A DNA stretch of 64,000 nt. Source: Cetorhinus maximus (taxonomy: Eukaryota). The stretch lies in assembly GCF_964194155.1 (NCBI RefSeq), contig NC_135902.1, positions 10,230,001 through 10,294,000 on the forward strand. Reading direction: 5' to 3'. Below the pieces are notes generated by a model. That model had not been told where the DNA came from. It saw nothing but the letters and a program-made list of their open reading frames with translations, and made no database searches. Positions 1-12,930 of this stretch are shown piece after piece. The translations under genes were made by a program, and so were the position numbers. Within the stretch, counting starts at the first letter, position 1. Each line of letters begins with the position of its first letter.

Positions 1-1550
1 AATATAAATTGTCAATCTGTTTATTTTTTAGGGATCATTAGAATCAATTTTCACTCAGTTCAACTATAAATACTCATTTTTTAATGTGACAGATCAATTA
101 ACACTTCTATCTTCAATTTGAGAAAATATTCTAAAATTTCTCATCTTTTGCTTATCAAATAACAAATTCACATACATCAACAGCTACGTTGTGTATTTTA
201 CATACTGTGCCAAGGTCGCTGATGTGATGCACATACACTTTGGTCCCAATTGATGTAAGTCAAGAAATTATTGTGCGATTTCTTTTAATATAAAGTACAG
301 CTGATGTCAAGTTTTATTTCCTAGGCAGGTATGGAGCAAGAGGAGCAGTGTATGGACAGTTACCAAACTAATTGTCCCTTGGAGACCAAGGCCATCAACT
401 CAGGTTACAGAAATCAAGGTTACAACTGCCTTCCTGTTTTTTTATTTTTCCAGTCATAATAGCAGGTAAGCAGTGAAAGCTGGAATAAACATAGATTTCT
501 CTATTTTACTATAAACTTTTTGAAAGAATCATGTGGTTAAGTGGGAGTCTGATGGTGAGACCCATCAGCACTTTGTGAATTGTTATCTAGCTCAAATGCA
601 CTCTTTAATTCCCATACTTGTTTTGAGCTTTAGTCATATTCAAAATACAAATTAAATTTACTCCTTTCTTCAAATTTACTCATTTTTTGGGTCCAATTTT
701 CACCCCCCAAATATTTTCTCCTATGACACTTAAAAATAATTTAATAAAAGCCTTTTTATGCAAATAAAACATGGTTTTAAAGGTTCCTACTTAGCCTTCA
801 AACAAGTAACAAATATAATGAATTTACAATATTTAACACTGTGCAACACAGAAATGACAGAAGATGCCACACTGACCCAACTAATGAGCCAAGTAGAATC
901 TTTCTCATCGATAATTGCTCTGAATTTGATCCACCTTGAGCAGAGAATGTGCCTGACTGCCTTACCTTCCCTATCTACTCTATTCAGACCCCTGATAATA
1001 TTGAATAACTGTATCAAATCATCTCTTCTCCAAGGAAAACAAGGCCAATTTATCTAACTGAAACAAATCTCACTTAAAGCAAGCCAGCTTTGTATTTATA
1101 TTCTCTAGTTCCACTACCTAGCTTAATTGGAATAAGCTGCTTACATCAAAGTATAAAAGACTTGGATTACGTTCCTTCTTAACCATAATTTCTTTAATTG
1201 GAAAATGTTGACTTCTGAGTAGCTCCATATAGTTTTCAGCCTTTTCCCTCTTCTCTGAACTCTCTAAACTGCATCAGAATTCAGTGGAGTGAAAAATATC
1301 CTCACCAAGGAAACAAGTATTCTCAGGCAGCGTCTCATTATTTGATCAACCTTATTAGTAGTCTCACGATGACAAGATATCTTGCAGTATTTGAAAAGCA
1401 TAAAGCTTTACTCTTTCCTACCTCAGCACATGGGCACCTGGCCATTGTGGGGTCTATGGAAAAATGGTCTAAGCCAGGTTTCAAATGGGAGCTTAATTAC
1501 TGACACGTTTTGATGTATATACTTAAGTGAAGCTAATGAAATAACCAAAT

Positions 1551-1987
1551 TGGACATTCATATTTTGGGGGGGGGGGGGGGGGGGGGGGGGGGGTGCAGT
1601 GCACCTCCATCAGAAGCCCCTTTCTGACTGGGGCCAGCCTCCCATTAAGGCCCGGTGACCTGCAGACCTCCCTCCAGCCCTCCCCATCTGATCCCCCGGG
1701 CCTTCTCTACCCTCCTTGCCCATGCGCCCGACACTTACGTTTTTCTCTGGTTGCCTTGACCAAAGTTCAGGAAGGTTCTTGGCAGTGTTTCTTCCAGCCA
1801 CTGCTGTACCCTTTCCTGGAGAGCTGCCGGCCAATCGGGCCGCCAATTCTCCAAGGTGGGACTTCCTCCCAAGTGAGGGGCAGGAATCCTGACTACTGCC
1901 GATCTGCCAATCAATGTTCACTAGAGCATAAAATGGCAGCGAGGCTCTGAGTCGGGCCGAGCCCACGCCATCCTAAAAATTGTGGCC
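1551..1987. mobile_element. GC-rich non-autonomous DNA transposon (Harbinger-type MITE) with a G28 run
   Basis: Shares motifs (GAGAGCTGCCGGCCAATC, terminal AAAATTGTGGCC) with the MITE at 23696 and the Harbinger TIR at 56308. Confidence 0.5.
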
Positions 1988-2034
1988 AATGAGTAAAATA
2001 TGTTCTCATCAGCTGCTCCATTTTTTCCTGATGG

Positions 2035-2870
2035 TTTTAAATCTATGACCTCTGGTTATTGCCCTATTCGCCAGCGGAAGTAGCTTTTCTTTATATACTC
2101 TGTCAAAACATTTTGAAAATCTCTACTAGACCACTTCTTGATCCTCTCTGTTACAAAAATAGCCCTAACTTTTTCAAGCACTCCTCATAGGTGACATCCC
2201 TCATTTCTGATAATATTCTAGTAAATCTCCTTTGTACCTTTTCTAAGACCTTTACATTTCTTCTGAAATTGTCTATAATACTGTGCCTGAGGCATAACTA
2301 GAGATTTATGAAGTCCGGGCATAATCTCTTTGCATTTATATTCTATGCCTCCATTTAGAAACCCAAGTAAACCTTATACTTTTTTAAAACCATCTAATCA
2401 ACTTGCCATATTACCTTCAAGAATGTGTGTATATGGGCACCAAAGTCTCCCTCTGCTCATCTACACTTATCAAAATAATGTGCCATTTATAGTTTACTAT
2501 CTTTCCATATTTGTGCTCCCAAAGTTCATCACTTCACATTTCTCTGCATTAGCTCCATCTGGTATGCTTCTTCCCATTTCACCAACCTGATGTCCATTCC
2601 CTATAAACTTGGAAACAGTAATCCATCAAAATTGACCATTTTGATTCCCAAATTGACCTTGGGAACCCCACAGCAAACCATCTTCCAATCTGAAAAACTT
2701 CTATCCATCACCATCTATTCCTTCCTCTCGCTGAGCAAATTCTGTATCATATTGCTACTTTCCTCTTCACATCTTTGTAACAAGCCTTCTATATGGCACT
2801 TAGCCGAATACCTTCAGAAAGACAATATAAACATCTACTGCATTACCTTACCTCTTACCTGTATTAAGGT
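2035..2870 (-). mobile_element. Old CR1-clade LINE fragment
   Basis: Degenerate similarity to the CR1 RT 3' region seen at 38925 and 44495. Confidence 0.55.
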
Positions 2871-3231
2871 ACAGGATCACATAACTTCAGCAAATTTTCT
2901 ATCACGTGATCAAATCAAGATATTTGTGACTAACAGGGCCCACTGAGTTTATGTATATTAACAGCTAATATAACTTAGTAACAGCTGACTTGAACCTCAT
3001 TACAAGGGCGCTTTAAAATTAAAGGGTTCAGGTGAAATAATACCATGCTTAAGCAGTTTTACAAAATCAAACCTCCAGAAATTTTGAACCATTATCGGAT
3101 TTTGGGGCCAAGTATGAATCTTCAGTTACTGCTGTGGAAATTTGTCAATAAAATTCTTTTTGCATCCCTGGATTCATTCCCTTGAATTAAATTTTCCAAT
3201 ACCACTGCACAGCTCTGTCATTTCAGTTTTT

Positions 3232-3237
3232 TTTATT
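3232..3237 (-). terminator. Candidate ADPRM polyadenylation signal
   Basis: AATAAA on the minus strand about 130 nt after the stop codon. Confidence 0.4.
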
Positions 3238-3363
3238 AAAGTTACAACAGAAAATGCAAGGCAAAATGGGGAAACTGATTGCAACATTTGGTTGGAAAAT
3301 GCACAGCATCATATGATAAACGTCTATATGCCATACCAGATTATAACACAGAAGTCCATTCAC

Positions 3364-3659
3364 TTATGTTTTTCTGTAATGTAGAACTCTCTCAGGAACC
3401 CTGCCCCTTCCCTTTAGGATCATTCTGTCTTCATATACATGAATGGTACCAAATGCATGGCTCTTGGGTGATGTTTCAATCACACCTTCAAAGATAAGAT
3501 GGTGAATTCCATTATCGTCCAAGTAGTAACCACCATCGTGATCATGTCCTGCAATAAAACACACTACACTAGTGTGCGCGTGCAATACCGAGAGGATCTC
3601 ATCATAGTTCCAAGCAATGCATAGTGAATCTGTAGAACGTGGGTGGACAGGAAGATGAC
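3364..3659 (-). CDS. ADPRM: ADPRM last coding exon (Mn-dependent ADP-ribose/CDP-alcohol diphosphatase)
   Basis: Acceptor ttaatgcag|GT CAT CTT CCT. Translates (G)HLPVHPRSTDSLCIAWNYDEILSVLHAHTSVVCFIAGHDHDGGYY...HYRKT* with the metallophosphoesterase GHxH motif. 296 nt; phase matches the preceding exon. Confidence 0.96.
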
Positions 3660-4029
3660 CTGCATTAAGAAAACAGTTTACAATTACATAATCTTTTCCC
3701 CACCTCCTAACAAATACATGTTTTCATGCTTTCAACTGAATTGCTCAATACTGGTCAAAATATAAAGAAACATATCCACTTTTCCACTCTACCCTTCTTT
3801 CAGTACTGTAGTCAAACCAGTTAACACAATAACCTATAAGAAAAGATGCAGCAATATTACAAGTACCAATCTGAGACCAATACATCAATGAAGAGCTGAC
3901 AGAACACTTGTACAGTACTCTACATCACTCTCTAAATATGAGTAACTTAAGAACTCTGCATGTCTTTGCTTCCCATGCACATCATGCAAATCCATGTTTA
4001 ATTTTAATGTCTGTAAGGAACTAATGCAG

Positions 4030-4315
4030 GCGCAGTCGTAGCGTCCCTACCTCTGGGCAGAAGCTCCAGGTTCAAGTCCCACTTCAGGACTTGATGGCCG
4101 TGGAAAGTACGTGCATGATGTGGTCAAATAGGTTGATTACCAGCCTGTAAATCCTTCCAATATGCCTGATGGCAGGTGGTAAGAGTGGGACAGTTTCCTG
4201 GTCAGCCATACTGCAGAAGGCTCCTAAACTACTGCAGCACTTTGCCAAGCATAATCATGGACTAATCCAATGGAAGTCTAAGAGGGTAGGTACCTGAAGG
4301 AGAAGGAAGGAACTA
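4030..4315 (+). mobile_element. tRNA-headed SINE
   Basis: Box-B-like GGTTCAAGTCCC in a head similar to the other SINEs, followed by a different body. Confidence 0.45.
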
Positions 4316-5202
4316 ATAGGAGAGTCAGCTCTTCGCTGACATTAGAGAATCTTAAAACGTGGCTGAAGTTATAAAATAAAGTTGCTAAGGTATCAACTGC
4401 TAAAACTAAGAAACACGCTAATAGTGACTTCATGCTTGACTGTTACGACATATTCTTCATCAATGTGAAGCTCTAGCTGCTTTGCATTGATGTAAGATTT
4501 CGAGTCTGATTACTCTGTTAGATGAATGGCAAATAAAGGTAATAAACTGACTTCAATAGTAAAAAAAAATCAAATTGCAAATTTGCTAGAAGTACTGCAC
4601 AGGAGAATTCACAAACACATTCATATGACACAGTGACTAGAGATGTTTAGTTGCCTTTGCTAGCAGCAGCCATCTTGACTTGGGATCAGATTTGACCAGT
4701 TAATCTGCTCTTTTGCGGTACTGATTGAGGAAGGAACGTTGGCCAGGAAACCGCAAACTCTGCTACTCTTTTAGCAAACAGGAAGTGAGCATGTCATGGG
4801 ATCTTCATCCAGCTGAATTCTCAAACAGCACACATGAATTTTGGATGAGAAGTTACACTGAAGAAGGGAACTACAATGATGCAGCAGCTCTTCAAAACTA
4901 CATGGATTGTCAACCTAGATTAAGAGGGGGTGTCAAACTGATAAACAATCAAGTGGAAGATAAAGTTCATCTGGCATTAAGCTGCAAAGAGATAATGGTA
5001 CTCAGTAATTTTTAGATTTCCTTGGCAAACTCCATTTCTCTGGAAGTGAAAGACCTTTTTCTTAATTGCTGAATGGATAAAATTTTTGTATTTATTCAAA
5101 ATTTAACTCTAAACATAGCTACACACACTGGTCAGAGGACCTGTAATTTTTTGTACAGTCCTTGTACTGTAGTTTTAAATGCTTGTGTATGTGTATTTTT
5201 AG

Positions 5203-5480
5203 TGTCAGCTTGGTTCAGTTGCTCATACTCTTGCCCAAGTCAGAAGACTGTGGGTAGTATTGACATTTAAATAAGATTCTGGGTTCAAACCCCACCATGG
5301 ACATAATTACTTAATATCAACAGGCACTTCAGTGTAGCAGTGAAGAAGAGCTGCAATCAACAGTACCAAAAACAGATTATCTGATCATTCACCTGCTCTT
5401 TATGGAACCGTATTATCTTAAAAAAGTAATCCATTGGTTGTAAAGTACTTTAGGGAATCCTGAGGATATGAAAATAAGTA
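5203..5480 (+). mobile_element. Deu-type tRNA SINE (degenerate)
   Basis: tRNA-like head and AAACAGATTATCTG core shared with the copies at 10530, 19458 and 20965. Confidence 0.55.
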
Positions 5481-6317
5481 TCAGCACATTGGTCAATATA
5501 AGTGAGGTCAAGGCAATGTAGGTTCAGCTTCCACTATTGTAAGTCTGTATAAGAACATGAGTATGATGTCTTCCTGGTCAATATGGTGCACAAGAATGGA
5601 ATGAGGGGGGTTATTTTGATTTCCTATTCTGCTTCAAATTTTCAGAACATATACTGGGTGAAATATTTGTCACAGAATGGAAAACGGTGCTTATTTTGAT
5701 CTACAAGTTTGTCTCTTCATTACTCAAGGTTTAAGGTCTGCTGTACTTTGACCAGGTATGCATTTCCAGCATCTATATTTTTATATTTAAAGAAAACCCA
5801 ACTAGCGATGTCAATGAGTGACACATACAGCCTATGTCAAGGTCGCTCATCATCTATATAGCTGGCAATACCTACACTGTTCTTAGTATAAGTCTCAACA
5901 ATGATCAAAGTATTCAAAATAGAAATTACAGTAGTCCAAGAGGGTGGGTATGTTTTTGCCCAGTCTACACAGAAATGTCAGACGTGTTTGAAGTACCAGA
6001 CTGAAGCCTCGCAACAAAGACTGTACAGCGAGAGATACACATTATTCAGAAAACAATTCAGCTTTTGTGTCAGAGGAACATTTTTAACGTGTCATTATAT
6101 TATTGCTGTACGAGCAATGATTTTGGACACACATCAACCTGCAAATGGTAACGTGACAGAAATAAGTTGGATGATCTGACTACTGAGCAAAGTGAAAACA
6201 AGGAATGTAACCTGCTGCAAGCAGAGGTATGCAGTATAACTTGCACCAGTCACATAAGTACTGGTCAAAGACCATATCTGTAATGTAATGACATCCTTAG
6301 TCCTTTTATCATGAGGT

Positions 6318-6825
6318 AAAAGCAAAATACTGTGGATGCTGGAAATCTGAAACAAAAACAAAAATTGCTGCAGAAACTCAGCAGGTCTGACACCATCTCT
6401 GGAGAGAAAGACAGAGTTAACGTTTTGAGTCTATATAACTCTTTTTCAGAACTAAAGAGAAGTAGAAATGTGGTGAAATGTATACTGTTTAAGGAAGGTG
6501 GGGCAAGTGAAGCTGGATAGAAGGCCAGTGATAGGGGGAGGCAAAGGAGAGATTGCAAAAGATGTCATAAACAAAAGGTCGAAGGGGTGTTGATGGTGGT
6601 GATACTGGCTAAAGGAGGCGCTCATGATGACATTAAGAGTAGAAAGCAGGATAAGCAAGTGACAGATGGACCTAGTGGGGGTGGGGTGGGGGGAGGCGAG
6701 GCGATGGTGTGGGGGAAAAGATCGAAATAGGCTGAAAGATGGTGGGGATAAAACAATGAATGGAAATAAATTTTAAAAATAATAATAGAAATAGGTGGGA
6801 AAAAAAAATATATATAAAAATTTAG
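6318..6825 (-). mobile_element. Penelope-like element 3' fragment with degenerate hammerhead
   Basis: Reverse complement of the 36700-37125 terminal region. Hammerhead core mutated (CUGAAAA; CAAAAC). Confidence 0.8.
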
Positions 6826-7029
6826 GTACATGATTGGTTTTTAATGTTAGCTTTTAATTCATTGACTCTCCTTTTTTTGGTATTCGCACACCAATTCTAT
6901 TCCAAAAGAAACAAGTGTGGTTTATTTAAATCTAGGTTACTAATCAGGCCTTTGTAATTAATGGAATGCATAATAAAGATTAGTTGCTGAAATGAGATCT
7001 TCTATTTTGTTAAACACACCATAACTTAC

Positions 7030-7152
7030 CAATGACTGTGACCTTTTCCTGGTTATTATCAGAGAAAGTGAGTATTTTGTTTAACCATTCCAGTTGCTCT
7101 TGACTGAATCCTCCATTAAATGCCGTAAAGCGAAAATTCAGTCCAACGAGTC
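7030..7152 (-). CDS. ADPRM: ADPRM second coding exon
   Basis: ttgacag|GA ... ATT G|gtaagt. Translates (G)[40 protein letters not shown](G), matching the [15 protein letters not shown] motif. 123 nt, phase 1/1. Confidence 0.96.
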
Positions 7153-8689
7153 CTGTCAATTAAATACATGGAACTAATACATTTTCAACTTGCACTGATT
7201 CACTACAACAATGCCACTAGTATTCATGTGAACATACAAATTAGGAGCAGGAGTAGGCCACTCGGCCCCTCGAGTCTGCTCCGCCATTCAATAAGATCAT
7301 GGCTGATCTGATTGTAACCTTAACTCCACATTCCTACCTAATCCCGGTAGCTTTTTGATAAGCAAGGGGATGAAAGGTTATCTTACAACACTCAGGAAAA
7401 AAATATTCTCATCTCTCTTAAGTGGGTGACCATTGCTAAATATATTTCCTTTCATTTGTCTCAATTTTTACAAGTCTTTTGCTATTTGTGTCCTTTGCAC
7501 TCTCATGTAAAAAAGGCTAATAATTGAATTCTGACAAAATATTTCAAGTGCCATTACTGTTAGGTTTACACATGCAAAACGTATAATTACATGACTATTC
7601 TCCAAACAGTTAATGTTAACACTGAGACTGCTTTTCATTGTTGTCAATGCTACAAATACTGGGCAGGTTGATAAAAGTTGTAGTTCAATCCAGGGTTTTG
7701 AAGTAAATTCTTAGATCATCCAAACGTTGCTTGTGGTTCGAATAGGATCAAAATCCTCCAACCGGGTTTCAATCCTTTCAGGTAGTAACATAACTTTCTT
7801 GAAGTTTCTATCAGGTGGACATTTATGATTATTTTATTAGTGGGCATGTACAATTGTAACGACTTTGAAAATCAAAGAGGCCTACGAGAAACAGAAATTT
7901 AGCCTGCAATGCAAGTTTTCTTCAAAACTAACAGGGGCTTGTCCTGCTGAAAGGATGAAATGAAGGGAAAACTAATGGCCTATATGTCCATAATCCAAAT
8001 AGGATATCTATAGGGAGGCAACCACACACAGTAAGTAGAGATTGGTAAATTGACAGATATTAAGTTTTTTAAAAATATGAAGTCATTATCCTGGCATTCA
8101 CAAACTGATGCCCTGTTGACATTATTTCCCCAGTTCTCATTTTAATTCATTATTGTATTGAGTTATTCTGTACTAACAAGTGGCTTTTGCCTGAGCACCT
8201 GCCTATGCTTTTCTTAAGGTAGAACTAAGGTAACATCTCAAATGGATTCGCCATCATTTTCATTCCCATTCTATGAGGCAACCTAACAATCAGACAATTT
8301 GCAGATAAGGGCACATGTGTAGCATTGAGGGGAAGTAGGGTTAAAGGATTGAGAAAATTAGATCACAAGGTGCAAATAAAAACCAGTTCAAATCTGAAAA
8401 TCATATATATTCAGCTCTAATTTTTATATTTCCGTTGTAGGTTCCTATGCCCACATTTATAATGGGAACAGTCTATATAGACTAGACACAGTGTAATTTG
8501 TCTCCTGTGAATACTGCCAGCAGTGCCAACATGAGGGGAAGTTTATAATTACAACCCAACAGGTTTTACACAGCCTGTTCCATTTTAAATATAGCCATGA
8601 GACTTTTTGAAACGAAAAAGCTTGACAGCAAGTGCACACAAGGTCAAACCGAAACTGCAGTACAAGTAGACAACAAAATAACTGTTTAC

Positions 8690-9311
8690 CTATGGGACTA
8701 TTAAGATTTTCATTTCTGTTGTTTGATTTCAATCTCTGCATAGAATCATGATGTTTCCTGCTGTTCTTTTTCCTTCCCAGAATGCTGAGATCATACGTGT
8801 CAGTTAATATGAAGCGGAATTTAGGAAAAGGGCTAAAATGGTAGCCATAAAACCCCTCAGGATCATCAAGGTCCAAGTCTATCTTTTCGTTGCTGTCCAT
8901 GTTAGCGGAAGGTTTCTCATTTCCCAGGTGCCTGGTGTTGAGAGCTGATTTAAGTAGCAGCTCCCTGTCAAAGTTATAAAACTCGTGGTTTCCCCAGATA
9001 TGGTGCACTGGAGAGCTACACTTTGCAAATTCATTTATTACAGTTTGGAGTGCATCTTCTGAGGACTTTATCTGTGAATTGCAGCCGTCAATGATATCGC
9101 CAAGCTGCAGAATAAACTTGGGGGTGGTAGGTTCTTCATTCCATTCTTTGATAGCACTGCGCAGCAGATGGAGGCTGTTTCTATAGTAACGTTCTCTTGT
9201 CCCCGAATAGTTAAAGCCATTCTCTGTATTAGCATACTGAATGTCTGCAATGACTCCAAAAGTAAAAAACAGGTCGTTTCCGGCTGCCTCAGTCTCCATT
9301 CTTTTAAACAT
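8690..9311 (-). CDS. ADPRM: ADPRM first coding exon
   Basis: MFKRMETE...FGVIADIQYA...LQLGDIIDG...HIWGNHEFYNF...NLNSPI G|gtaaac, with DxQ, GDxxD and GNHE motifs. Exon acceptor ttttttaag| at 9334/9333. The second ATG (9299) has the stronger Kozak context. Joined CDS is 1041 nt = 346 aa. Confidence 0.96.
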
Positions 9312-9904
9312 TTCACTTCCACGTAGCCACCATCTTAAAAAAAAGTAGTAAGTGAAAACAATGACCTGGGTTCAATATAAGACAGGCTACTGACAGTAGT
9401 ACAAGACCAGAGCAAACTGGTTTTATAGCAACACGGTGGTAGGACATAGTTTTATGCTAATTTTGTGGTCTTGGGGCAGACAATTGAGCAATGCTAAGCA
9501 GGTGCAAGTACTGCCCACAGGGAAGGGGAAAACACAGTGAACAACTGCTGTCTAGGCAAGAATAGCTAGCTTTCCAGACCCATTCTAAAATGTAAACCTG
9601 GTTTGGAAAATAGAACTCTCTTTTCTCCCTGTCTACATCTATCTTCCTATGTGAAGGCATTAGCTGTGATTCTTTTCTTTCCCCAAGGCATATATATCAG
9701 CAGCAAAAGATTTCAAGAACAAATGTACAATCCTAGCCCTGCCTGCCCACCCTGCCAGATGATAAAGAACTCGCTATGTGCTGGGAGTTTCCCTGGTGCC
9801 CTGAATGGTAAATCACCCACTCCTACCCCAACCAGAATCATCAAGAATAGATTAACTGTTCAATCATTCCTTTGCCCTCACTTATACCATTGTTACTTCT
9901 AAAC

Positions 9905-10370
9905 TCAACGAGCCTGATCTCCTGGCCATACTTTCATCCCTCACCCTCTCTAAACGTCAGTTCATGCAAAACATGCCAAGCTGTCTTTATCCTATTCTAC
10001 ACCAAGTCCCTGTTTATCAATCAATGTAATTTCTGTTGACTCTATGTTAGCTCACTCCCCCATGCCACAAATTTAATATTCTCATCGTTGTTCTCGCTCC
10101 ACCATTCCTCTGTACCCTCCTTCAGCTGTAGAACAGCTTTCCTCAGATTTTAGACTGACTGTCTTCTGCCACCTGGGCCTAACACGCAAGGAATTCATCC
10201 CTGAACCCCCGTGCCTCTCATTTGCCCCCCTCTCTAAGGGCCCTCTTAAAACCCACCTCTTTGAAAAAGCTTTTGGTTAACCCTCCTAACATCTCCTCCC
10301 TTGTCATCTATATATCCTCTGTGAAGCACCTTAGAAGGTTTTTCTATGTTAAAGGCATCACATAAAGTGT
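9905..10370 (+). mobile_element. L2-like LINE 3' fragment
   Basis: Similar to 58200-58850 and to the reverse complement of 15180-16000. Confidence 0.55.
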
Positions 10371-10529
10371 TGAATTGCTGTGATCTTGCTGTAGCTGCTG
10401 CAAGTACCTACTTAAGCACAGTCATCCAATTCAAAGCTGCTCAATGCATGTAAAATAAAGATGTTTCTAAGAGACCAATAAAGCTCAATATAAATGCAAG
10501 ACTCCCTTCCTCATTATTGGATGTTAATG

Positions 10530-10945
10530 TGTCATCCATGGTTCAGTGGTAGCACATACACCTGAGTAAGAAGGTTGGGGTTCAACTTCCACTCTCCAGA
10601 GACTCAAGTACACAATCCAGGCTGACACCCTGCTGCAGTGCTGAGGGAGTGTTGCAAGGTTGCTGGTGCCGTCTTTCCAATGAAATGTGGCCCCAGCCCT
10701 TCTCTCAGGTGGGCGTAAATGAACCCACGGCACTCAAACAAGAGGTGGGGAATTCGCCCCTGTGTCCTGGCCAATATTTATTCCCCAAGCAACACCATAA
10801 AGCAGATTATGACATTGCTGTTTGTGAGATATTGCTGCAACTTGATCATTGCGTTTCTTGTATTGCATCAGTGACTGCACTTTAAGTTGGTTGTGAAGTG
10901 CTTTGGGACTTTTAAGCTCATGAAAGGGGCTATATAAATACAAGA
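10530..10945 (+). mobile_element. Deu-type tRNA SINE (SacSINE/AmnSINE-like core)
   Basis: tRNA-like head, GTGTCCTGGCCAATATTTAT...CAGATTAT...TTGCTGTTTGTG core, and L2-like tail GCTATATAAATACAAG. Confidence 0.7.
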
Positions 10946-11391
10946 TAGATTTTTTTTAAGTACACCCCTATTCACCATGGAAACCCTCAGGAGTAATAAT
11001 ATCCCAGAGTTGTAGTCAGCAACGAAGGATGGGTGCTCACCGCTGACCTTGATGTAAGTCTTGCTGAGAGATCTAGTGACCTCTCTGGCGAGCAGTGGTA
11101 ATACAATTAATTGCAGCATTTTTTACTGGACATTCAGTGCGGAGCACTAGTACTGTCATCAGGCTGTCCTAGCAGCTAATCATATTAAACAATTTTCACA
11201 GCCTCCCAACCAGGAAACTAAAACAGTAAAATGAAAATCGCTTTTAGAAATGTTTACATAGAAAAAAATGAAGATTGGGAGATACCCATAAGTAGAGGCT
11301 AAAATAGTCTGAAAAAAGTTGAAAAAAATCTATTTAAAATTATTTTTTCAGGACAAGTTCTGTTGTTCAAAACCCCAGTTACATCTGATTG

Positions 11392-12545
11392 AACATAAGA
11401 AATAGAAACAGGAGACGACCATATGGCCCATTGAGTCTGCTCCATCATTCAGCACGATCATGGCTGATCTTGGAATTCAACTCAATTTTCCCAACCATAT
11501 CCCTTAATTGCATGAGACACCAAAAATCTGTCTTTCCCAGCCTTAAATGTATTCAATGGTGGAGCATCCACAACCCTCTGGGGGGTGGCTTAGAGGATTC
11601 TAAAGATTCACAACCCTTTAATTGAAGAAATTTCTCCTCATCTCAGTCCTAAGGCACCCTGATCTTGAGACTATGCCCCCGGTTTTAGATTCCCTGAACA
11701 TTGGAAACAATCTCTCGGCGTCCACCCTATCAAGCACCTTCAGAATTTTGTAGGTTTCAATTAGATCGCCTCTCGTTCTTTTAAACTCCAGAGGACATAA
11801 GCTCAATTTGCTCAGCCTTTATTTTAACAAAGAACAAAGAAAAGTACAGCACAGCAGGCCCTTCAGCCCTCCAAGCCTGCGCCGATCATATTGCCCGTCA
11901 ACCTAAAACATTTTGCACTTCCGGGGTCCGTATCCCTCTATTCCCATCCTATTCATGTATTTGTCAAGCTGCCTCTTAAACACCACTATCGTACCTGCTT
12001 CCACCACCACCTCTGGCAGCGAATTCCAGACACTTTAAGGGGTTTCAATTAAGTTATGAAGGACGTGAGGAGCGAGCGCAGAAGAGATTCAGGAGAATGG
12101 TTCCTGGGATGAGAAACTTCGGTTATGAAGATGGATTGGAGAGGCTAGGGCTACACTCCTTGGAGAGGAGAAGGCTGAGGGAGATTTGATAGAGGTATTA
12201 AAAAAATCATAAGGGATCTGGACAGAGCAGATAGGGAGCAACTGTTCCCCCCGTATGGCAGGATCGAGAATGAGGGCGGCCCAGGTATAAAATAATTGGC
12301 CAAAGAAGCTAAAGTGACACGAGTAGAAACTTCCAGTCAGTGGCTGGTTGGGATCTGGAATGTATTGACAGGATGCGGCGAAGACAGGTTCAGTCAAGAG
12401 GCAATGAGCTGATTATCTGAAGAGGATGTGGAGTGTTGTTACAGGAAGGAAGGCATGAGAGAGGCGCACTGGGTGAATTGCTCATTCAGAGGGTCAGGAC
12501 AGACATGATAGGCCGAATGGCCTCCTGCTGGAACCATTCTGCGGT
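11392..12545. mobile_element. Cluster of three CR1 3' fragments (11392-11820 minus, 11828-12035 minus, 12040-12545 plus)
   Basis: ORF remnant LEFKRTRGDLIETYKILKVLDRVDAERLFP...EMRRNFF plus CR1-type 3' UTRs. Confidence 0.8.
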
Positions 12546-12705
12546 TCCCCATTTGGGAAACCGCATCCATTTTATTTATACCAAAAAAAAGCAAACAAGT
12601 CTGTTTGGGCTCCTGGGCCCTGCTCCCACTGAGCAGCGGGACAGGGAAGGTCCAGCCACCCGGAGCCCCGGTGCCCCGGTGCCCAGCCAGAGCCGCTTCA
12701 CTCAC

Positions 12706-12930
12706 CCGCCGCCCTCACACGGCAGCCGCGTCTCCAGGTATAAAACCAAAGAAACTGCGGATGCTGGAAATCCAAAACAGAAATAGAAATACCTGGAAAA
12801 ACTCAGCAGGTCTGGCAGCATCGGCGGAGGAGAGCAGCACCGTTGACGTTTCGAGTCCTCATGACCCTTCAACAGAACTCGTCCCCCTCCCCGCCTCCAG
12901 CCTAACGCGTCAGCACCACCTGCTCGTCAT
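12706..12930 (-). other. ADPRM: Probable non-coding exon 1 of ADPRM (5' end not determined)
   Basis: Consensus donor GGCGG|GTGAGT on the minus strand at 12706/12705, inside a CpG-rich patch next to promoter motifs. The coding exon has an acceptor upstream of its ATG, so an upstream exon is required. Confidence 0.6.
12740..12879 (-). mobile_element. Penelope-like terminal fragment with hammerhead motif, inside the probable ADPRM exon 1
   Basis: Minus strand reads AGTT CTGTTGA A GGGTC ATGAG GACTC GAAAC GTC AACG, followed by the family tail GATGCTGCCAGACCTGCTGAGTTTTTCCAGG. Confidence 0.85.

Noticed and set aside
325-470. Possible exon of a neighbouring gene (e.g. TMEM220, next to ADPRM in human) after the acceptor-like ttttatttcctag
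   Set aside because: None of the three frames resembles TMEM220 or any protein I recognise.
1567-1594. G28 homopolymer as a functional element
   Set aside because: It lies in a MITE-like repeat; homopolymer length is prone to slippage and sequencing error.
6412-6455. Active hammerhead in an ADPRM intron
   Set aside because: Both core segments are mutated (CUGAAAA; CAAAAC).
8457-8689. C-terminal 77 aa of the 284-aa ORF
   Set aside because: Intron read-through past the G|GTAAAC donor; ADPRM similarity continues in the exon at 7152.
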